Shown here: piece after piece, positions 51,539 through 64,000 of the stretch
Layout: the number at the start of each line of letters is the position of its first letter
How positions within the stretch are numbered: position 1 is the first letter of the stretch
From: Flaccisagitta enflata
Taxonomy: Eukaryota
DNA: 64,000 nucleotides
NCBI GenBank assembly: GCA_965153355.1
Contig: OZ231126.1
Coordinates: 2,170,001 to 2,234,000 of the forward strand
Direction: 5' to 3'
Notes under the pieces: model-generated
Told to the model about the DNA's origin: nothing
The model's database searches: none
The model's input: only the letters and a program-made list of their open reading frames with translations
Translations under genes and position numbers: made by a program

Positions 51539-54500
51539 GGCCTCAGAGTCATTTTGGATCATCACTGAGCGCTGTCAGAGGACGGCGATTGAGAATTCCT
51601 TCAACTTCGACAACAGTAGTGTTGAAGGCGTCGACGTGGAGGATGGCGCCGGTCGAGATGGAAGCAAGATGGCGCTTAAAGAGAGCGAGACGATTTTCCT
51701 CCCACACCCTCCACAGTGGGGTGTTCTATGTGATGAAATCCCACCGGTCGTGCCGTTGCACCCGGAGCTGACGCAGCGGTTCCGCTTTCCATTTCTTGAG
51801 GATATTATTTGCTACTAGATTCCTCGCCCCACAATCTGAAGTGAAACGCGATTCCTGGCGCCTTGCTGCAAAAGCGGATGATTGCATTTACCATCGCATC
51901 AAGGACATGTTGAAGAGCACCACATGGACGGCAGACACGAAACAGGTGAACACTGCGATCCACACCTTGTGATCAGCACGCCCGCTCATCTTAACTATGA
52001 AATGCCCCAAGACATCCAATCCAGTCTCTCCGAAGACAGGCGCAGGATTGACACGATTTGATGGAAGATTGGATATTTGCTGATTTATGTTCTTTTTAAA
52101 GTTCTTCTGGCATCTGAAGCACCAGTTGACTATGCATTTGACAGCCTGAAGACCTTTTGTAATCCACACAAACTGGCGTAATTGACACAATGTATGCTTT
52201 GCACCAGCATGAAAATCATTGTGATGATAATGGCGAATCAATGATTTTACATTCTTGTTTTTTGGCGGCAGGATGAAGGGAAATTTAGCGTCATGTGCGA
52301 TGTCGGTGTTTTCCAATCGACTGCCGACGCGAATGATGACCATCAGCGTTTACTAAAGGATTCACCTTCTGCATTTCTTTGTTTTTGACGATGAAGTCAT
52401 GACGACGTTCTGGTTTGAAGACTTTTCCCAACTCCACTTGTTCAGGACGCCTGAATAATGATGCCGCTGCATTGACTTGACGAGCGCTGCGCTGGGCCTC
52501 CAAGACGCCTTGGCGTCACTTCCGGTTTAGGAAGGAGATCCTTGCTGCTCGTGGCCTCGCCTTGGGTATGTTTCTCCACCTTGACGGGCGATAAGAAACT
52601 GCGCTGCGATCCGCAACTTATGCATCCATTTTCCCCGAGAAGCTGCTGCAAGAAGTATCGCGTCAGCCACTTGTTTCTTTTCACTTTCAGCCACATACAG
52701 AGCGGCGACTTGTGCAGAAATAGGGCACGCCGCGATGTTCGTCTTTGGCCATTGATCTTCGGGAAGACGCAAAACTGCGGGACCGTGATGGAATTCGACG
52801 CCATTTTTCGCCTCTCAGGGCCTGGATGCCTCTGCTGCAGTGGTCCGCCGGGTTATTTGACGAATCAACCCAGCGCCACTGTTGAGGATCAGACCCGCTA
52901 TGGATCTTGGAGAGACGATTGGCGAAAAATACAGGCCTCGGTTTCGCCGGATTGTAAATCATTTTCAGTGCAGATTCAGAATCAGACCAAAATCTGACGC
53001 ATATGTTGTCCAAGGATGGTCCTTCCGACGAAGCGCTTGAGCTGCACTCCTGCGGATACAATCTCGACGCGTGGAACGCTGTTGTGATGAGACGCACGTT
53101 TTGGATTGAGTGGAATGACGTGAGATTTGAGTACGATGAATGAAATATGAACATCTCCATCTCGATTGACTTGACGCCGATATGCAACTGCTCCATATCC
53201 GCCTTTTGGAGCCGTACGCTTCATTGTTATTTTCAATGTCACCATTGTCACGCCGCCATTCCACCAGCGTTCAATTCGGTATTGCTGTAGAAGAGGCCAA
53301 GATGAAGTGTAAAGTGGGAAGAAGGATTCTCGACGCCCAAGCATAATCCATCCTACTTCCTGTGGACGACAGAGTTGAAGGTGTGCCTGCCGATGCATGC
53401 GCTTGGGCTCCAAAATCCCAATGGATCGTAAAGTTTGGCTTAGATGGAGACCAATTGACGAGGTGTTTTTGCTCTGAGAGTTTTTGAATCTCTCTGGCCG
53501 CAGATGAAAATGAAGACGTTTTCGTCTTCCGCCGGAAGCCATGAGACGCCCAACACCTTCGTCGGCACATCATCTTGCTTATCTGAGATGGGAATTGGCA
53601 CGTTCGGATCTCCATCCATCAGTTGCCGCGCATTACTTTTCCACTTCACAAGATCCATCCCGCCCTCAGCCATCGCCGCCACTGCATCCACCTTCAACTG
53701 CAGTGCTTCGTCGACCGAATCCTCACCCCCACTTCCGTCGTCGACGTAGAGGCCGAAACGAATAAGATCGTAGACGTTGTAGGGATACTTTGGATGGATT
53801 ACTTCAGCATGCTTTCGGACGGTGAAAGACGTGACGAATGAGCTGGATTGATTGCCGAAGACATGTGATAAGAACAGATTCAAGATGGCTTCTCGTAGAG
53901 TACGGTCTTTGAACCAAAAGAATCTGAATAAATCAGCCGTCGTCAGGATGGACGCGGATTTGGTGGAAAACGCCTTTATGTCACACATAAAGGCGATTTT
54001 CCACTGACGAAAACGCATGAGGATGTCCATTAGGCTATTCATCAAATTTGGGCCTCCGACGAGCAAATCATTGAGTGAGATCCCGTCGGTCGCCGCACGC
54101 GCATCGTGACATACGCGCGTTTTTCCGCGCACTTCGACAATATGAAGCGGCAAGTACCAGCGCGGCTTCTCAATGCCGGGTTGCCGCGCGACGTTGTCAA
54201 TCTCAATCGCTACCCCGCCTCGTAAAACTTCTCGATTTCACGGAAGACTCTTTCTTTGAAGGCTGGATCACGCTTGAAGCGAAAACGTTGGTTACCGAGT
54301 CGCTTCATCGCAGTCGGTCGTGATTTCACTCTTCTCAGAATCTCCATGATTTTTTCATGATGAAATTTCCATGTGACGGGAGCAAAGTACTTTTTCACAA
54401 TTGGGCAAAAATATATTTTTTCCTCTAACGTTTTGCACGCTCTGACATTTTCGAGGGAATCACCCATCCTCTTGCGAGACGATTGATGATGCAAAGTCAT

Positions 54501-57500
54501 GGTAGAAGATGCGGTCGATGTTGCTGTTGAGGACGCGATTGTCGAGGATGCGATCGATATTATCGTTGAGGACGCGGTCATCCGTCGCGATAGCGTTGAT
54601 CGACGCAATATCTCGTCCTCTTTTGCCCGTTTTTCCACATACAGTCCAACCGAATAGACATCTAAAGCAAGTCAAAGATCCTGAAGGCCCTCGACGGATT
54701 TCTTGAGCGACGGCGGCATCCGCATGCGCCGCTCCGATGATCATCATCACACCGCCTTCAGCTTCTGGAAATTTTACGCCTTCGATGTGAGGTTGGTCAG
54801 ATAGGTCGCGGAGAAAAGGAGGAATATCGCGTTCACTCTAACAAATCACCCACCAATGCGTGCTGATGTCGACGACGATTCCTCGTCGACCGATTGCATG
54901 GTGAATGATGCGATGAAACGATCCTCAACAACATGACTTCCCACAGTAATCACCGTCATTTGCACTGTTTTTGTTGGAATCAGAAGACTGCGAATGACGC
55001 TGGTACTGATCACGTCGCGATCAGCGCCTGAGTCGATCATAGCATATATCGTCCTCTGCGCACCCGAAGAATTGTTTAATATAGTCACTGGAACGATCGG
55101 ACGGACAACGTCGTCGAATGAAGAGACGGACCGCGACGCGCCGCCGCCAGTCATGCCGCGGGTTAGGAGAGATGATTTCCGCTGATTGGCTGCTCCGCTG
55201 CCGACGGAGCTGTTGGTGCTGCTGCAGCCGCATCCTCTGACTTTTTAAGGGAGCCAGCGGTACTTTATTTCCCTGCTTGTTTTTTCCTTTCTTCTCTTTC
55301 CTTTTCTTCTTTCTTGTAGGTGCGCCCGTGGAGAATCGCTGCGTGCCGCTTCTTGCAGGTTTGGCAAGTCGGTCTGTTCACGCATCCTTTGGCGTTGTGT
55401 CCTGCTGGAGACAGTGGAAGCAAAGACGACGAGACATGATCTTTGAACTCTCGGCCCACTTCCAACCTAATAGTTGATGACAGTTTTCTGCTTGATGCAT
55501 TCCACTGCAGACGTTGTAGCGGTCCGTCGACTGCGTCTTTTGCTTGCCATTGGTCAAAGCATCTTCATATGATGATGGCGCTTCTTTTTCTGTAGTTGCG
55601 ACTGCTGCCACTGATGCTGTTTTGCAGCTTGCGCCTTTGTTGCGCTGGAATCACCGCCCATGTCTCGATCATATTGACCAAGTTGTCGAATGAAAACAAT
55701 TGTCCATTTAGGGCTGCTTCATGTTGCTTTTCCCAGAATTTATCTGCAAGATGAGGGACCCTCTTGTTGAGAATCTCCTGCAGCAGCTCGTCACGATAGC
55801 ATTGTTGCACTTCTCCACAGGTCCTCGCAATCTTCTTTGCCTTTGCAACCTTGCAGACAAATTGAAATGCCTTGCATGGTCGGCCGACTGGATCTTCGCC
55901 TCCGCGACGATTCGCTGAACAGCGCCGCAATGTTGCAGCGCTGCCATAAAGACGACGTCCATTTTTGCGGCGTCGTCAATCTCTCCTCTTGCTGTCGCTT
56001 CAGTTGCATCAATCGTCGCAGTTTCTATGATCTCTTTTGCCGGACCAGCAAACCACTTAGGCAATTCCAATAAGATGTCCATTTGCGTCAAGCCTTCATG
56101 CTTCTCAGCATCTTTAAAACTTCCTCTTCCACATCATAAAGTCGGTGGATGAAAGCTCCTGCAGAGGCTTCTCAGGTCTTGCTCTCTCCAACGCTTTGAG
56201 GCCGACCTCCCTTGCTCGCATGAGATCATTGTACGTCGCTCTTTCCAAAAACCTGTCCAGAGCCGGATTGTTGGGCATCTGAACGTGGACTTCCGGTTGA
56301 CGGGCTACTTGATGATGCTCCACTTGATGATACGCTGGGGGTTGTTGGACGAAGGCGTATTGACCCCCGACTTTCACCGGAGATCTCTTTTTGGTGGTTT
56401 TAACGCTCCACCCCACTTCCTCTTGCTGATTCACTTGTTGTTGACGATCATCTTGATGGAATCGGGGAGCATCAAAGTCTTGGCGGACGTACTGTCGCTG
56501 TTGTTGTTCTTCTTTTCGTTGTTTTTCTTCCGCTCTCGCTGCGGCAAGGTCAAAGTCTCTCTGCTGAATCTGCATCTTCAAACTATCCACTTCTTGCTGC
56601 AAACGTTGATTCTGCTGGATGACTTCCGCTTGAGGCGTTACTGGAGGCGCTTGCGCTACTTTCGGCGCCTTCGGCTGCAATCCATTCGTTGTCTTCTTAG
56701 GAGCGACTTTCCTTCTCTCTTTATCTTGCAGCTGTTGTGCCAACTTCGCCAGCGGCCTCCTCCTGCTTCTGCCTCCTGCGCATCGCCTCCGTTGCATCAC
56801 CTCCGCTTCCGGCTGTGTTGAAGACCTTTTCCTCTTGATGGGGAAGACCAGTCTCCCTTCTAGCAGAGCCAATCTGCTTCTCGAAGATCACTTCCGGTGC
56901 GGTAGGGAGAATCGTTGCTGCTGGGGCTTGATGATGCTGATCTTGATGCTGTTGCTGTTGTTGAAGCCGTTGCTGCTGCCACTGTTGATGTTGAAGCTGC
57001 TGCTGCTGGTCAGGACGCTGTTGCTGTTCATTCTGCTGCTGCAGTTGACGCTGACGTTGTCCTTGCTGCTGCTGCTGCTCCCACTGTTGCTGCTGCTGCA
57101 TCGGCTGCTTGACGGACGTTTCCACTGACTGCACATGACGTTGCTGTGTGTTCGAATTGAACAATCCCGGATTGAAGTTTCTGAAGATAGATCGACGGTC
57201 TTTTGGCGGATGCTGCGGCTGCTGCTGTTCCAGCTCAGACAGTTGCCTAAGCTTCACATCACGCTGCTCTAAAGCCCCACCAATGCCGCCGTCGTTCAGG
57301 CTATTCCAGTGCTTTCGTTGCATTTCTGCCGCATTGTTGAATATTCCCGCTCTTCTATCTTCATCTCGTTGTTGCTGCTGCGAAAGTTACACATTCTGTC
57401 GTATAACTCTTTGTCTTCTTGTGATGAGCTTCGCTGTTGGAATCCCAATGGCACCGCGATCCGCGCCTTTGGAGCTGTTGCTGCACCACCACTTCACCTT

Positions 57501-59876
57501 CAGCCATCATGCGCAGCCGTTGATCTGCAAGGCGTTGCTGTCTCTCTTCTTCTGTCTCCTCACTGACGTTCATGCTTTGACAAGATGGTTGATTGAAGCT
57601 GGAGGATCCACCACCACCGCTGGGATTGCGGCGGAAGGTTGCTGTTGCTGCTGCTGTTGCTGTTGCGTACTTTCTCCTGCATCGTTTTGCCGCTGTTGTT
57701 GTTGTCTCCGCGCTGCATTGCCGCTTGTTCAGCTGTTGCTGCTGTTGCTGTTGCTGTTGTTGCTGCTGTTGATCGTGTTGTTGTTGATGATGAGCGCCGC
57801 TGCAGGATCTTGTTGACAAAATTGTTGGAGTTGCTGCAACTGCTGCTGCTGCAACAGCTCTTGCTGCCGCCGCTGAGCCGTCGCTTTGTGCTGCCCTGTG
57901 GTCGGTGGAGTTGACGTTGCTGTTGGAGTTGCTGCTGCATCTGCAATTGATGCTGCTGCTGTTCCTGCTGCTGTCGCTGCTCCTCCTCCCGTTGTTGCTG
58001 CTGCATATCGTCAATCAGCCGACGGCCTTGTCGCATTTCCTCCTCCAACTGCCTGCCCCATCTGTCTCTCTCAGCACTCCTGTTGACGAAGCGCCGCCTC
58101 GCCCTCTCCTGCGGCGTCAATCCGTGATGATCCCACGGCCTCTTGCAAGAGCGTCGGCGTGCCGAGATCCGCAAGCATGTCGTCAGCTTGCTCCATCGGA
58201 GACGCACGCGCAGGTTCAATTTCCGAGACCAAATCTGATACCCATTGATTGACGGTATCTCCTCTTGGATCGGCGGCAGATTTAAAAATTGGCCGCCAGT
58301 TGGAGATTGCGCACCATGTCGTGGGACCGGAAGTGGTAGATACGGATCCGTCGGGGTTTGGCGACGACGTTCGCATCCTTGGAGTCGGAGCGCCGGTAAC
58401 ATTGTCACGGGCGGCGTGAGTGTCAGTTGGGAGACTATTCCATGAGAATTCGTTGACGGGTCTTTTGCGATTCCCAATGTCATTATGCACTGCGTTCACG
58501 ATGTCGGCGTTGGAAGGAAAACCCTCTGGATAGTTTTCACGATCAAAGAAACGCATGGAGTCCCACTCGCGCCGGATTCGACGCAAAGAAGACGCCGCGA
58601 ATCGAAGAGGGTCGCCGGGCATCGAGTCGAGCGCCATTTGTCTTGCATACGATATAAAGTCGTAGACCATGTCCCGAAGGCCGTGTCGAGCGCCATCCGA
58701 TTCACAGGCGGCGTCGTCGAAATCATTCGTTCCTTCGGTGCAAGTAGAAACGGCGTCGAAAAGGCGCCGGCATCCTTCCATTTCCGCAGTGATGTCGTTC
58801 CTCATTGCGCGCAAACGATTCGACCTCGGACACTGATTCAAACCGAAGTGAGATACACGAGATGACGTTGAAGCAGTCGAGACGGTGTCGTCGTTACGCG
58901 CGGCTGCCATTGTCCAATTTCGCTTTCGGAGGTCGAAGATGAAAAGAATCGAGTCGTTTTTAAATTGTTGAAATATAAATTACGCCCACGAGTTTCAACT
59001 GGCACTGTCTATGAGCGTCTATCTGACTGACGACTTGTGGTGAAAGAAAGTTGGCCGATTGGAAAATAGGAAGGCGATCGTCTCGTTTATTCCATAAAAA
59101 TTTCAACAACTGAAGAGAGGGGAAAATGAAAGGGAAAGTGGGCGTTAATTGTGATCAGCAAACGCAAAAGATAACATGAAATCGAGATAGGACACAATAA
59201 AGGACAGAAACAGCACATGACAACATGTTCATCTTCTTCAGAGCCCATGCCACCTGATAATACCTGCCCCTGCCCCGGCCCATCCCATTAAATTCATCCA
59301 TCATCCCTATAGCAAGCTGATCGGATGCTGATAAAAACCATACTAAAATCCGGCGATAAAATGCAAAAGGGCAAACACAAAATAACAGACCGAAGACAAG
59401 ATAAAACAACGTTAATAAAAGCAGAAACACGTCTATAAAACTTACTTTTAGGCCCACTTTCGTTGGTTTCAACCCACAGTCTGTCGATGTCAAATTAACG
59501 TTAATTGTCCGTTCATTAGTTTATCTGCAATAAAAAGATGAGATTATTGAAATTAGTGAATTCCAAGGGCGCATTCAAACGATCATAAAAATCAATCAAT
59601 CACTCTAAGAAGCGATGCCGTAATTAAATAAAATCAATCAATCCAAAAATTGGATGATACGAAAGACGAGTTACATATATTTGCCTACGTAGTAAAAACA
59701 AATGGCACAAAATCAAGGCGCAACCATATGGTTACCCATCTAGCGTCCAATATAAAAAATGGCAAGAAACAAAAGACACGGGCATCGAATAGTAGAGAAA
59801 GAGAAAAAGCCAAAAGCACGCAAAAGAGACAGAAGGCACACACACCTAAGAGACGGACAGACGTACATTTCTAACA
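51539..59876 (-). mobile_element. BEL/Pao retrotransposon, degenerate copy 2, 3'-truncated within integrase
   Basis: Gag ATG 58910; CVNRPTCQTCKKRH; DSGAD; RT RVCHDA...GPNL...CDIKAF...YVDD (53440-54153); WSDS...NPADHCSRG; integrase HHCC and GLDVLGHF. Domain order PR-RT-RH-IN. Confidence 0.93.
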
Positions 59877-59879
59877 CTG

Positions 59880-60017
59880 TCTGTCTCTCTCTCTGCCTCT
59901 CTTTCTGTCTCTATCTCTCTCTCTCTCTGCCTCTCTCTGTCTCTGTCTATCTCTGCCTCTCTTTCTGTCTCTCTCTTTCTGTCTCTCTCTGTCTCTCTCT
60001 GTCTCTCTCTGTCTCTC

Positions 60018-60080
<63 letters not shown>

Positions 60081-60129
60081 GTCTCTCTATGTCTCTCTCC
60101 CTGTGTCTCTCTCTCTGTCTGTCTCTCTC

Positions 60130-60220
<91 letters not shown>
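59880..60220. repeat. (CT)n/(CTGT)n microsatellite
   Basis: Read directly from sequence. Confidence 0.95.
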
Positions 60221-60223
<3 letters not shown>

Positions 60224-61682
60224 AACGCTTCTGAAACTTGCTTGTCATTGCTTGAGGCAGAAATTCTGTCGCGCTAGCTGATGCGTCCCCAGTCTTGTTG
60301 TTGTTACATCTATGCAGAGGGTGACGGATGCTTTTGTTGACGATACTGACGTTGTCATTGACTAGATATAAAGAAACGGGCATTTGCTGATAACAAGGCC
60401 AAGCAGGCCAATAGGTGCGACGTGTGGATCGTTGAACAAATGCGTTACCGACCGACCGACAGACCAACGGACACAGCTAGTTATAGAGGTGTATTGTCGC
60501 ACCTAAAAGTGCTGGATACACGACTGACAAAGTCGCGTGCGGGTTAGCAGGGCAGTGATTAAGACGGCTAACCAAGCATTTGGGCAGGAGCAGTAAAACA
60601 AAAAAACGCCAGAAACGCCAAAAAAAAGGCTACTGATGAACCGACAGTCCAACCAACATAGTGGGTTATAGAGTCGCGTGTACGGGAACAAAAATCTCTA
60701 CACCAATTTAGCATCCTCACATCTTAATGATATCTTCGTACATTGGGGCGTCAGTTAATTGAACGCGATTGTTGAGTTGTTGAGCTTCAAAAATTTTCAT
60801 GCGGCGATTCTTTATGCCAAATGCGAGTATTCATTTATTGCGTTGACTCTTTTTTTTACCTGGTGACTGCTCGAAAGAAATTCTTCTTTTTCCCCGTTGA
60901 TTTGGTCTTATGGCGATTCACTTGTGACGCTCTCGGCGTAGAGCACCATCGCTCGGTAGAGACGGTTGGTTGACCATCCGCTACCATCAGAGCAGCTATA
61001 AAAAATATGCTTTATTCTGGTTCAACAAACGCAATTACCCCGTGTATCACGTCAACAGCGTGAACTCATATTCCTACAATGAAGTGGGCGAAGTGAGTGA
61101 ACGTGCCCTTGAACGGAATAAGCAATTGGAGCGTGTATAGCATAGTGGTTCAGTGCTTAGAATGTGAGGGGAGTGAGTGGTGCGATTGAACAAATGTGTG
61201 GCCAAATCGCAATGGTCTTGTGTAAACACTGGCTCTAAAGAGGAGAAATGTGACTCCGAAAGATTCATCGCGCTAAAATGGTGTTTTAGTTTTTGTCTCT
61301 GCGTCAATGGTAGCGGTTGAATTTCCACAGTTATAAAATCCACATATAATCACATCCTCGTTGACAATCAGTTCTGTGTTACTGGCAGTTTCCGTGTTGA
61401 CCGTTATAATAAAACTTCGTTTCCGCAGTGGTAGCTTTGTATCAATGGCGATTTTCGCGTTGTTGGGATTAGCCTGGACGGTTGTTTCATTCAGTTTCCA
61501 ATTTACTGACAGTTTCTGCTTCATCACTGGTCGTTGCTTCATTGACGACTTTTGCTTCGTCGACGGTTTCTGCTTTATCAACAATTTCTGTGATGTCGAG
61601 ATCATTGGCATCGGGTGTCGCACGATGAAGGTCACGGTTGCTTTCATTTCAGCGATTAGAAACCCAATTTCTCGTCTGAACC
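60221..61682 (-). pseudogene. Exon-like fragments of an unidentified, probably degraded gene
   Basis: Non-repetitive ORF 61273-61647; AG/GT-bounded open segment 60860-60995; open segment 60221-60361. Confidence 0.3.
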
Positions 61683-63537
61683 TGTATGTTCTAACTATAG
61701 AATCCCTTCTTTAAAACATACTCTAACCCAAAACTTCTATATTAGGAAACACTAATTCGTAGGCTACCTACCAGTTCCGCTTGGACTCACCCTCTTGGAA
61801 GGTCACGCATTCCGCGTTTGTTCCTTTTTTCACTTTTTTACTTTTTTTTCAAACATTTGTCGCCGCTTAAAAAAAATCTGGCTCGCGGAACGAGCTCCTA
61901 TATAACTAAATGGACGAAGAAGGCGACTCTCCTACGTACATTGTTTAGACTGAGATGAATAAAATGACTCAAATTACTAAAATTGACTTAAAATGACTTA
62001 AAATGACCTAAAATGACTCAAAATCATCTTATTTGACTAAAAATGTCCTAATTGACTTAAAATCAGTTAGTAGGAAAAAAACGAATAAAAAAAGTAAAAA
62101 GGGACCAACCGACCAACCGACCAACCAACCGACCGACCGACCGACCGACCGACCGACCGACCGACGAACAAAGCGGAGTGTAGAGTCGCATGCACGCGAC
62201 TAAAAATAAGCTTTTACTTCCTTTGCAAAAGTATATAGTGTGACATATCAAACAAACTGGAAACTATCATCTGAGATCAAAATTGAATCTGCTGTCAAAA
62301 TTATCAAAAAAAATTTATCAGAAAGAGTTATTGTAGAAAATATAGTAAAATAGTACAATTCTTTAAGATATCTAAAATTGCGCCCCAAAACAGGTTTTAT
62401 TTTTTTTAGATATGTATTTTTTGCACCATCAGGGTCATGAAACCACTGAAGTTGGTGGCGATCATTTCGGGGCAACAAGCGTGAAGCTCCGGGCGACTGT
62501 GTAATAAACATCCCTATATTTTTATGATTCTAAGCAAAGTGCACTTGTGATATCAAGGAGAGTGTTTAAGAAAAATCTACTAGCCAGATCTCATTTTAGC
62601 ATACCTTAGTCTCCTGATAGTATACTGATTAGAACAAAAATGTAATAACATGATTACCGATAATTTCTGGAATCAAAAAGCATGTCTTGTTGAGGTTTTT
62701 TTACCTTCTACTAAGTAACGGTTTTGGTTCTGCAATCACATGTAAATAGTGGTTGTTGATTAAATGTCCATTAGCTTGTACCTAAATGACTAAAAGCAAA
62801 AAAATTGGCATTCTACGAGCAGTTCATGCTGTGGGGCTGTCTTGGACTCCTGACGAGATCCATTTTGCTATTCAAATCCTACATTAAGCTTTCCGCGCCT
62901 CACCCTTGGTTAAACCTACCTCTATGGGAAACCAAAAATTTGTGCTTAAATCTTTGTTTTGACTGCAGGTTTGAAATCTGCAGAAAAAACTGTTAATTGA
63001 AAGTGTTTTCCTTTTTTCATTATTCCAACTAGAAGGTGTTCAAAATAAGCATCAAAGTTCGCAAAACTTACCTTTCTCTTTTATTTATATGTAAAATCGC
63101 CGAACTTACCTTTTTTTCATAACTTCAAGCTGAATTTTGACTATGATCCCAAAGGAATTTTGAAAAAAGAAAAGCACTACCAATTATCAGTTTTTTCATG
63201 CAGATTTCAAATATGCAGTCAAAAATAGGATTTGAGTAACTTTAATTTTTTGGTTTCCTATAGGCTTAAGGAAAGTTCAAGGAATGGCGCGGACAGAAAG
63301 ATGCAAATTGATGTCATTAGAAGCCCAAGACAGAAGATTTCTGATTTTATTGTTTATTGTCATTTTGGTACAGGCTTATGTCCATTTTTGGTGACTTCAA
63401 CCCAAAAGAGTACTATCAAGAAGAAAAGTTTGGAAACACTCAGGGTTTGTAGTACGTTTTCCCCCTTATACATTCAAAACTCATATACCTGATTGTTTTT
63501 GGTAATTTTTATATTCATACTAACTAGAACAAAGGAG

Positions 63538-63838
63538 AACAAGGCCAACACCTATAAGTCGCGTGCGAGACTCACGAATTGACTTAGAATGACTTAGAGT
63601 GACTTAGAATGACTTAGTTTACCCTAAAAATGACTTAGAGACTAAATGACTTAAAGACTAAATGACTAAATGACTAAATGACTAAATGACTTAAAGACTA
63701 AATGACTTAATGACTAAAAATGACTTAAAGAAATAAAATTGATAAAAAAAGTAAAATGGGGACCAACCAACCGACCGACCGACCGACCGACCGACCGACG
63801 GACAAAGTGGAGTGTAGAGTTGCATGCACGCGACTAAA
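63538..63838 (-). mobile_element. Short HINE-like element, same shell as 3407-5209
   Basis: aacaaggccaacacctataagtcgcgtgc, (gacttagaat)n, (ccga)n, gcacgcgactaaa. Confidence 0.7.
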
Positions 63839-64000
63839 CACAATCTGCAATCAAATTAAGTAACCGTAAGTTTGTTTTTTTTATCACAACTACAGGGTTT
63901 TTCACGCCAAAACGCCGATTACAAAACGGCGTTTCTCAGCTCCTAGACATGCTTATTGATTTCTGAAAAATGATCTAAACCGCTCTTGAGCTCTGATTTT

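Noticed and set aside
42404-59876. Active or domesticated gag-pol gene
   Set aside because: Both copies have many frameshifts and stops as assembled; cannot be called coding unless polishing removes them.

Overview
Repeat-rich eukaryotic (invertebrate-like) genomic window. Left 26.6 kb: a minus-strand, 16-coding-exon gene (frame-consistent model, about 1114 aa, continuing off the left edge) encoding a secreted protein with signal peptide and tandem VWA-EGF modules (at least 5 MIDAS-intact VWA and 4 EGF; matrilin-like). Each module repeats the same three-exon layout, but two modules carry extra introns. One of these (17271-17539) is exactly a MITE plus one copy of a 12-bp direct repeat that supplies the splice sites, i.e. 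an Introner-like intron gain. Introns and the 27-41 kb region are filled with nested MITEs, a foldback element, Helentron-like (HINE/DINE-1-type) non-autonomous elements carrying satellite arrays, and microsatellites. 42.4-59.9 kb: two frameshifted BEL/Pao retrotransposon copies arranged tail-to-tail as a ~17.5 kb inverted repeat with no visible LTR pair, apparently inside a degraded minus-strand gene. No RNA genes or CRISPR arrays seen. All coordinates were read by eye.
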